From the IMG/VR virus record IMGVR_UViG_2671181139_000006: a DNA stretch of 64,000 bases, one strand, 5' to 3'. This document shows, piece by piece, positions 57,363 through 64,000 of the stretch. This DNA is from an uncultured virus (IMG/VR IMGVR_UViG_2671181139_000006) (Duplodnaviria; Heunggongvirae; Uroviricota; Caudoviricetes). Position 1 is the first letter of the stretch, and each line of letters begins with the position of its first letter. Under the pieces are notes generated by a model. It was not told the origin of the DNA. It searched no databases and worked only from the letters and a program-made list of their open reading frames with translations. Both the position numbers and the translations under genes were made by a program.

Positions 57363-57898
57363 TTAAGACGTTTTTGTTCATTTACTTTCTTTTCACGCTT
57401 GCGTTGGTGCATACCCAAACTAAAGTATGTAGCCTTTTCTTTGGATACCTTATCAGCCATATCGATTTGATTGAGCTCATCAAAGGCTTTCTGTCTTGCG
57501 CTTAATTTTCCAGACCAATGATTCCAAAGCACATCATCACACTGCTCTTGATATTTGATTACCGTTTCTTTTAGTTCAGGTTTGACTTTATTCGGCTCAA
57601 CAGAGTACAGCCAAGCTGGTAATTTCCGTAAAGGCAACATAATCACTTCACGTGATTGGCTATCGCCAAAAAGCTGAATGGTCATTTTGACCATGCAGGT
57701 CTTAAATTTATTTGTGATCTTGCGATACTGGCTTTTCCAGTCTAACCCCATGCCTTCGACAATGGGCTTCATTGGCACATATGGTTGATTATTGTATTCA
57801 ATAATAGATAGCTTGGCGCCTTGAAATGGTACGACCATTTGCTGATAACTGTTTTCAATATTTAGTTTTGCATTCATTGATATGCTCCGACCACTCAT
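57320..57898 (-). CDS. P22_AR N-terminal-domain antirepressor-like protein
   Basis: VPF.G..PYVPMKPIVEGMGLDW.SQ, LPLRKL.AWL..PNKVKPE..YQ..CDDVLW. Confidence 0.85.
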   Translation of the reverse strand: MSGRSISMNAKLNIENSYQQMVVPFQGAKLSIIEYNNQPYVPMKPIVEGMGLDWKSQYRKITNKFKTCMVKMTIQLFGDSQSREVIMLPLRKLPAWLYSVEPNKVKPELKETVIKYQEQCDDVLWNHWSGKLSARQKAFDELNQIDMADKVSKEKATYFSLGMHQRKREKKVNEQKRLNWLNQNLGLLELGV

Positions 57899-58123
57899 AA
57901 AGAAAAATCACTGGCAAGAAGATGCAATGAGTAGTCGAATGACCATCTTCCTTTCGAACCGTCGCTCTAGCCAGTGTTCGCCTGAATTTCAGGCAATAAA
58001 AAAGCCCTGCATTGCTGCAAGGCTTATTCTTTCAGTTGGAAAAATGACTTTTTGTCCATTTTTCCTAGTTTGAAAACAACAAAACCTGCCGCTAAGGACA
58101 GGTTCGTTTAAAAGTTAAATTCG

Positions 58124-58543
58124 TTAATTGACGCGATAATTTATTGAAATGTTGTACTGAATGAAATCCCCATTACTGCCGAGGTTCTGCACTTGACCTT
58201 GTAAGACTTCTAACTGTCCGCTCGTAAAGTATTCAAAATGAGCTAACCAAGCATCTGCAAGTTTTGTGATTGCTACTTCATGAGTATTTAAACGAGCCAT
58301 ACAGTTGATTGAGATAATCCCTGTTCGCCTTGTACAAGGCACGTCACCAATTCCTGCAATGATTGAACCGCCCCATAGCACATTAATATCACACCACAGC
58401 CCATCAACTGGTACAGTAAAGTCTTTATTGGGATATTTAATTCTAGTCTGCTCAATTCCAGTGAATGCCATTGCTCTAGTGATAATGGCTTGTCGTGCTT
58501 GATCTAAAGTCATTGCCATTTTAACCACCGTATTTCTGAGCAA
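58124..58543 (-). CDS. Tail terminator-like protein
   Basis: IKYPN..F..P..LW, RRTG.I.I; position. Confidence 0.75.
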   Translation of the reverse strand: MLRNTVVKMAMTLDQARQAIITRAMAFTGIEQTRIKYPNKDFTVPVDGLWCDINVLWGGSIIAGIGDVPCTRRTGIISINCMARLNTHEVAITKLADAWLAHFEYFTSGQLEVLQGQVQNLGSNGDFIQYNISINYRVN

Positions 58544-58943
58544 TATAGTTAAAGGTTAAGCCGTAGACACCTTGAGGAGCTTGTCTTGAGTAGCCGCCTG
58601 TAGTTTTTGGTGTTTCTGGTTTATCAGTAAAGTCGCCATACTCAATCTTAGGTGCATATGGTGCATTCGTTTGAATGTATACAGTTGAGTAAGGTACTAG
58701 ACGAGATAAAGCGCTTGTGCCTTTGCTAATGGTTGAACCACCGCCTTTGTCTTTCTCAGCCTCATTAAATGATTGGTCGGTCTGGTTAATACTGACTCTG
58801 TGAGATGCTCTAAAAGCCCCTGTATCAACCGGGCTTTGTAGAACTACACCTTGTAATGCATCAATCACAATATCTTTTTGCTTTTTGGTTAGATCGGCTT
58901 CAACGGTCTGGATGAAGCTTGATGGTTTGTTTGTCCAGCCCAT
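58521..58943 (-). CDS. HK97 gp10-like tail completion protein
   Basis: SPVDTG.FR, N.PYA..IEYG, S.QAP.G. Confidence 0.82.
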   Translation of the reverse strand: MGWTNKPSSFIQTVEADLTKKQKDIVIDALQGVVLQSPVDTGAFRASHRVSINQTDQSFNEAEKDKGGGSTISKGTSALSRLVPYSTVYIQTNAPYAPKIEYGDFTDKPETPKTTGGYSRQAPQGVYGLTFNYIAQKYGG

Positions 58944-59021
58944 ATTTGCACCATCAATATTGTATAGGTAAATACCTTTCCATATGTTAAAATAACCTAT
59001 TGTTCAAAAAAGGTATTTCAC

Positions 59022-59834
59022 ATGGAAAATTGGAAGCCTGTTTTAGGTTATGAAGGTATTTATGAGGTATCTAATTTAGGCCGAATAAAGTCTTTAAGTA
59101 GACCAACAACAAATAAAATACAGCCATTTATTCAAGAGAAAATTCTCAAAACCCGTATTGGGCAAACTGGCTATGAAATAGTTGGGCTTAGTAAAGACGG
59201 CAAGCAAAAAACGTGCAAAGTTCATCGCTTAGTTGCCTCTGTTTTTTGCAATAATCCACTCAACAAGCCTCATATTAATCACAAGAATGGCATCAAAACA
59301 GATAACAACTCTTATAATCTAGAATGGGTTACAGCTAGTGAAAATGCCATGCACGCAATATCACTCGGGCTTTTTCAACCAAGCACAGGTGAAAGTAGCA
59401 AAGCTGCAAAAATAACAGCAAAGCAGGCCAATTATATTCGGGAGCAAATACTAAAAGACATTCCTCTTAATGAGATTTCCGCCTCTACTAATATCCCTTT
59501 GAATATTGTTAGCAGTATCCGCTTAGGAAAAACTTGGGTGACTGCATCCACCCCTGAAATTGTCCAGAAGTGTCGTGAGTACAAAAAACCAAGATATCTA
59601 TACCACAGCATTAAACATTCTGAGGCATTCGTGCTATCCATTATCAATAGACTTTTAGCCAGCGAGTCAGTTTCTTCAATCGCTAGAGATTTAAATCTTC
59701 AGCGTGGATATGTGAGCATGATCAATAATGGCAAAACACGTACAGAAGTCACCCCTGCATGTGGATCTAAGCCACCTTACCTAAAAAACAACTCTGTCAT
59801 GTCAGCAAAAAAACGTCCAAAGGAAAGCTCTTAA
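59022..59834 (+). CDS. NUMOD4-HNH homing endonuclease
   Basis: E.WKPV.GYEG.YEVSNLGRIKS, VHRLVA..F..INHKNG.KTDN..NLEW. Confidence 0.9.
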   Translation: MENWKPVLGYEGIYEVSNLGRIKSLSRPTTNKIQPFIQEKILKTRIGQTGYEIVGLSKDGKQKTCKVHRLVASVFCNNPLNKPHINHKNGIKTDNNSYNLEWVTASENAMHAISLGLFQPSTGESSKAAKITAKQANYIREQILKDIPLNEISASTNIPLNIVSSIRLGKTWVTASTPEIVQKCREYKKPRYLYHSIKHSEAFVLSIINRLLASESVSSIARDLNLQRGYVSMINNGKTRTEVTPACGSKPPYLKNNSVMSAKKRPKESS

Positions 59835-60223
59835 ACTTTCCTTAGTTGGCAGAACCAACACGAATTAGCCGCATCTTTTCCGTAACTCACAACCCGATAA
59901 TTACTACCTTCAATCACCCAAATGTCATTAACATCTGGTTCAACTAAAGTTCCTGCTGTATCTTTCACTTCATTTTGCAGGAGCACGCCTTTGGAGTCTG
60001 TTGCGCGGTAATCTATAGGCTTCACCAAATCTTTTAAATAAGAGCCAAATAGGACGCCTCTACCGCTATAGACATATTCGGCGTAAGCATCTTCACCAGT
60101 AGCGGGATTAGAACTAGTTAATATTTTGCGAGTACAGGTAAAGGAATCAACTGCATCCGCAAGCTCATCCTCAGCATCAAAGGCAGCAACAAGTTCTTGC
60201 TGGATCTCATCACGCATTCCCAT
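59831..60223 (-). CDS. Head-tail adaptor/closure protein
   Basis: Position; D.A...W..QLRK C-terminus. Confidence 0.7.
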   Translation of the reverse strand: MGMRDEIQQELVAAFDAEDELADAVDSFTCTRKILTSSNPATGEDAYAEYVYSGRGVLFGSYLKDLVKPIDYRATDSKGVLLQNEVKDTAGTLVEPDVNDIWVIEGSNYRVVSYGKDAANSCWFCQLRKV

Positions 60224-60226
60224 GAC

Positions 60227-60613
60227 TTACTCCGTAATGACATATGTGTTGATGTGATACTTCTCGCTAAAGAATGGCTCAAGCAGATCAAGGATGAATT
60301 GCATATCACCACTGACTGCCTCTTCTTTTCCTGCAACGTATGTTTTGCTTACCGACGTGCCAGACTGTGCAGAGACTGTTTTGGATGCTACTACACCTTC
60401 TTTAGTTGTGTAGAGTTGCCCTGCTGCTGCCAGTTTTGCTAAGTAAGCGCCAGCCGTAAGAATCGCATCTGGCATTTCACCTTCTGGATAGTCTGGTAAA
60501 TTTCTAGCATTAAGCCACGCATTAGCCTGCATCACAGCAATAACCGGATCACCAGTTCCCCACCAGTCAGGCCCTAGCTTTTGAGTCACACTTTCGACTG
60601 TTACATAGTTCAT
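60227..60613 (-). CDS. Head-tail connector protein
   Basis: Position after capsid; MNYVT..AN.WL..LL.PF. Confidence 0.7.
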   Translation of the reverse strand: MNYVTVESVTQKLGPDWWGTGDPVIAVMQANAWLNARNLPDYPEGEMPDAILTAGAYLAKLAAAGQLYTTKEGVVASKTVSAQSGTSVSKTYVAGKEEAVSGDMQFILDLLEPFFSEKYHINTYVITE

Positions 60614-60669
60614 AGCTTAATCCTAAAAATCTAATTAAGAAGGACGGCCCGAAAGCCGCCCTGCTTTAG

Positions 60670-60855
60670 TTATGCACCACCATTCAGCGGTGCTTCTGGC
60701 ACTGGAACAGCCACTTGGGGATCTGTAATGCCATAGTCACCCGCTGTTTTGGCAGGGTCAAACATAGTGCCTGCTGCTAATGTGTCAGTCGCATCATCAG
60801 CATATCGGCGGTCAGTTGGGTATTGGTATTTGTAGTCTGGTTGCTTCTCAGCCAT
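60670..60855 (-). CDS. Small hypothetical virion protein
   Basis: GGAG SD directly after capsid. Confidence 0.65.
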   Translation of the reverse strand: MAEKQPDYKYQYPTDRRYADDATDTLAAGTMFDPAKTAGDYGITDPQVAVPVPEAPLNGGA

Positions 60856-60866
60856 GACTGCTCTCC

Positions 60867-61883
60867 TTAAAGGTTAGTAATTAGGAAGCGGATTGAGGTG
60901 TCTTCTGGTTTGGTTACAAGTTCCCAGTTAGCTGCCTTCTGCAAATCAGCCCAAGAAGCGCTTAAAGACTCACGCTCTGTACCACCAGTTAAAGTGTCTT
61001 TAGGTGCAATGAAGCTAAAACCTTGCGGATGGATCAACATGTTGCGACGCGTCCAAAGGATTTCATGACCAGCACCATTACCAGTTGATTGTGTTTCTTC
61101 AACCTTCAAATCTTTTGGACCAGGAACAGAGTCATATGCAAATGCGCGTGGACCTGCAAGAATCGTGATGAACTTAGCGTTTGCGCCTGTGCCAATTTGC
61201 GTATTGGTATCTGTTTCAATGACTGCGCGCCCGTTGTAAACGGTGATTGGTGGCAAGTTATCACTTGTGGTCACTTGTTCAAGTAATTGCTGTTTACGCA
61301 TCTTCGCAGCAATACGTGAATGCACGAACATCACACCACGTCCACGTAATGAAGCATTCATTGTGCTTTCCGCATCAATGTAGGCATCTACTGACCAACG
61401 TGAAGCATCTGTTGCTGTTGAAGCAGAGATGTCAGTAGTGAATCGCTTGCCGTTCGCCTGGTCATAATTACGCAAGCCAATTACTGTTGCTAGAGCACGG
61501 TTTTCGGCAGCTTGTTGCCAATACTTATTCAGCATTCCACCAATAAGCTCAAGTGAATTGACCTTCGATAAATACTGCCCAAGAACAGACTCAAGAAAGC
61601 CTTCGTTCATATAAGCAACGCGGCCTTGCATTTCACCTGCATCAATCGTGCGAGGCATTGCGATATCAGTCAAAATGGTGTTGCCATAGTTCTGTTCAAC
61701 ATTACCATCCACACCGTTAATGTATGGAACGACGAATGTTGATGAACCACTTGTAAGCAAAGGACGTAAAGATTCATCAGATACAAATGCACCTGATTGC
61801 ACAAGTGGCGAAACTGCCACAGGATTTGGACGCAGGTAAGATAAAACTACGTCACGGTTAAATACTTCTACTAAAGAAGGCAT
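60867..61883 (-). CDS. Major capsid protein
   Basis: LVQSGA, FVHS, G.G.EILWTRR..IHP.GFSF. Confidence 0.85.
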   Translation of the reverse strand: MPSLVEVFNRDVVLSYLRPNPVAVSPLVQSGAFVSDESLRPLLTSGSSTFVVPYINGVDGNVEQNYGNTILTDIAMPRTIDAGEMQGRVAYMNEGFLESVLGQYLSKVNSLELIGGMLNKYWQQAAENRALATVIGLRNYDQANGKRFTTDISASTATDASRWSVDAYIDAESTMNASLRGRGVMFVHSRIAAKMRKQQLLEQVTTSDNLPPITVYNGRAVIETDTNTQIGTGANAKFITILAGPRAFAYDSVPGPKDLKVEETQSTGNGAGHEILWTRRNMLIHPQGFSFIAPKDTLTGGTERESLSASWADLQKAANWELVTKPEDTSIRFLITNL

Positions 61884-61900
61884 GGAGTTACTCCCAATAA

Positions 61901-62626
61901 TTAATTATTAAAGTCACCATTCGCTACTGCTGCTTGGAACCCTTGAGGGTCATTCTTTTGGAATTCCAAGCGCTCTTGCGTGGTCATTTCACTTGGTTTC
62001 TTGGCAGCTCCACCACCTGAACCACCGCCAGAAGCCCCACTTCCTGACGCATTTGAAGCAACAATTAATGGCTTGAATGCCACATTGCCGCGGAACTCTT
62101 TTTTGAGGTCATCAATACTTAAAGCACTAGGTTTGCCCTGCGAATCTAGTACGCGTACTTTGACCTCACCGTTTTCATCAGTTTCAACTTGAAGACGGTT
62201 TGTAATATGTGGAAGCAGTACTGCCTCCGAGCCTTTGATAGAAAGCTCACTTGCTAATGATTGTGCTGTTTGCCCGACAGTTAATTTGTAGACTTGGTCT
62301 TGCAATGCTTTGGTAGCTTCTGCATGTTTTGCTTCTGCTTGCTCAAGCTTGGCTTTCCAAGATGCTTCAATTGCAGCAACGTCACCTTTTTTACGGGCTG
62401 CTTCTTCAGCTTCTTTTTGGGCCTTCTCTTCAGCTTCTTGGCGTTTTTCTTGCTCTTTTTTCTTTTCTCCAAGGAGTTGTTCCACCTTGTTTTTAAGGCC
62501 TTCAAGCTCACCATTGTTTTGCTGCGGCAGACCTTCAACTTTTAAATAAAATGCACCGTCTTTTTCTTCGTAAAGTGCTTTCATTTCATCAGATAAGCCC
62601 TCTAGGCTATCGAGTTTGTATTTCAT
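61901..62626 (-). CDS. Capsid scaffolding protein
   Basis: LYEEKDG.FYL.VEG, coiled coil, SGSGA.GG; start refined. Confidence 0.8.
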   Translation of the reverse strand: MKYKLDSLEGLSDEMKALYEEKDGAFYLKVEGLPQQNNGELEGLKNKVEQLLGEKKKEQEKRQEAEEKAQKEAEEAARKKGDVAAIEASWKAKLEQAEAKHAEATKALQDQVYKLTVGQTAQSLASELSIKGSEAVLLPHITNRLQVETDENGEVKVRVLDSQGKPSALSIDDLKKEFRGNVAFKPLIVASNASGSGASGGGSGGGAAKKPSEMTTQERLEFQKNDPQGFQAAVANGDFNN

Positions 62627-62710
62627 GTTTTGCTCCCTGAGCGGTTTTGCAGTCACAAACTGCGGGCAATAAAAAAGCACCCTTTCGAGTGCTCTAAATA
62701 GAATTAGGTT

Positions 62711-62917
62711 TTACTTTTCAGAAACTGGCTTGCTAGCATCTTCAAGGCTCTTCAATGTGTTGTTCACTGCTTTAGCAGTTCGTCCATACACATCCTTGCC
62801 ATTTGCTGAATCAACAGGAATCATCACTGTATCTACAGTTGCTGTTACAACAGTGGAAGCCGCTGATACTGTAGCTTTTGTAAGACTTTCAATTATTCCG
62901 AACATTTCTTTTCTCAC
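62711..62917 (-). CDS. Small hypothetical moron
   Basis: Flanked by terminators. Confidence 0.5.
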   Translation of the reverse strand: MRKEMFGIIESLTKATVSAASTVVTATVDTVMIPVDSANGKDVYGRTAKAVNNTLKSLEDASKPVSEK

Positions 62918-62962
62918 AATAAGAAAAGCACCCGAAGGTGCTAAGGTTTGAATTAAGTTGTT

Positions 62963-63175
62963 TTACATATTTCTATAAATAACTGGCTTTAATGCTTGAG
63001 ATGCAATCCAAATATCGTTACGACATACAGGGCAATTCAACACATAGATAGTTTCGTTTCTATCGCTCATGACTCGCAACTCATTCTTTTGAAATTCGAT
63101 AACTGAATAACACTTGCCACATGAGTCTCTATGGGTCTGCAACTCGGGCGGCACACCTCGACTAATTACTTTCAT
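62963..63175 (-). CDS. Small CxxC..CxxC zinc-ribbon protein
   Basis: CGKC..CPVC; ATGA overlap. Confidence 0.7.
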   Translation of the reverse strand: MKVISRGVPPELQTHRDSCGKCYSVIEFQKNELRVMSDRNETIYVLNCPVCRNDIWIASQALKPVIYRNM

Positions 63176-64000
63176 AATCCCAACCTCTTAAACATTTCTT
63201 CATCAAGCTTTTTGAGTTCAGCAAGCGTGAATGGTTGACCTGTAAGCGGATCAATAAACTTATCCAGAGAATACTTGCCCTCTTTGAATAGTTTGTATCT
63301 TGTCGGCCCAAGCCAAGACTTTTGAAAAGCTGCATCTTGTTTATCAAACCAACCTTTGAAAGTTGTATTTGAATCAACCACGCCTATCTCACCTTCACCA
63401 TTCACTTTATTGTTAAATGGACGCATCCCAATTGTTTTTCCTGAATCATCCGATACAGGAATTAGAATCGATCGACAGTTTGGGTGAAGTGGTGGCACAG
63501 GATGAGGTTCATCTTTCTTATAAACCTTGTCTGAATAACCCATGCAGATTTTAGAAGTGCGGCTATCTAGTGTTGCGATGAACTTTACATATTCAACACC
63601 AATGATCTGATATGTTTCATTCAGAGCAACATTGGACACATGACTTCGAGCAGTTCGTACCATTGTAGAAATCTGGTTTCTACTCTGATCAAGCAAACCG
63701 TCTTGGTAATTAAGAGCCTTCTTGCCTTTAATTCGCTGAACAATCTGCTGGTTTGTCTGACCCCGAGATAGACCATCTCGAATTGTTTGCTCTACTCGTA
63801 CTTTTGTATCGTCTGCAATCTTCTCGAATAGGTAATCAAGCAGCACACCACCGCTTAAAGGCGTTTTCTTTGCCTTGTTGAATAGCGTCTTTCCATTTGG
63901 TTCTATTTTGCGATTAGCGAGGGTTTTAGCCTGATATGTAGCTTCATACACCGCTAATGCAGTAGCGCTTACAGTGAAGCTCTCAAGCAATCCTGACGCT
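63172..64000 (-). CDS. Minor head protein (MuF/SPP1 gp7 family), 5' end outside window
   Basis: ATLDSRTS.IC, PPLHPNCRS. Confidence 0.88.
   Translation of the reverse strand, partial: ASGLLESFTVSATALAVYEATYQAKTLANRKIEPNGKTLFNKAKKTPLSGGVLLDYLFEKIADDTKVRVEQTIRDGLSRGQTNQQIVQRIKGKKALNYQDGLLDQSRNQISTMVRTARSHVSNVALNETYQIIGVEYVKFIATLDSRTSKICMGYSDKVYKKDEPHPVPPLHPNCRSILIPVSDDSGKTIGMRPFNNKVNGEGEIGVVDSNTTFKGWFDKQDAAFQKSWLGPTRYKLFKEGKYSLDKFIDPLTGQPFTLAELKKLDEEMFKRLGL

Larger units (their letters stand above)
38199..64000 (-). mobile_element. Siphovirus-like prophage integrated at tRNA-Arg (continues past window)
   Basis: Lysis-tail-head module next to the tRNA 3' end, with att-like sites. Confidence 0.9.

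Noticed and set aside
2193..63377. Many short antisense or alternate-frame ORFs in the track (e.g. 2725-2967, 28809-29207, 62294-62549)
   Set aside because: Shadows of well-supported genes with no independent evidence

Overview
Low-GC gammaproteobacterial chromosome segment, Acinetobacter-like by gene content (inference). It holds two prophages separated by about 1.75 kb of host DNA. (1) 1-~36447 is a transposable Mu-like (B3/BcepMu-type layout) myovirus prophage. Its early genes run leftward (Mor-type activator, GemA/gp16, HU, TraR/DksA, AAA ATPase, DDE transposase, Ner-like). A rightward repressor operon and rightward lysis, head and contractile-tail genes follow. The left end is outside the window. 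(2) The host island has a DEDDh exonuclease, a hypothetical gene and tRNA-Arg(CCG). (3) 38199-64000+ is a siphovirus-like prophage integrated at the tRNA, with lysis, tail and head genes on the minus strand, a P22 immI-like arc/mnt/ant cassette, morons and an HNH endonuclease. Most notable: a repressor C-terminus and the adjacent membrane protein N-terminus share a GD[IL]V[NQ]G[DN]K amyloid-signalling-like motif; the tail sheath gene is split in two around a 1066-aa beta-propeller enzyme-like gene; a hammerhead ribozyme lies in the early operon; five activator-dependent late promoters each overlap an RBS-sequestering hairpin; the tape measure carries a circularly permuted M23 domain; the Mu-like tail fibre ends in a gp38-like adhesin; and there are two candidate -1 frameshifts. 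Family assignments come from motif recognition only; no searches were run.
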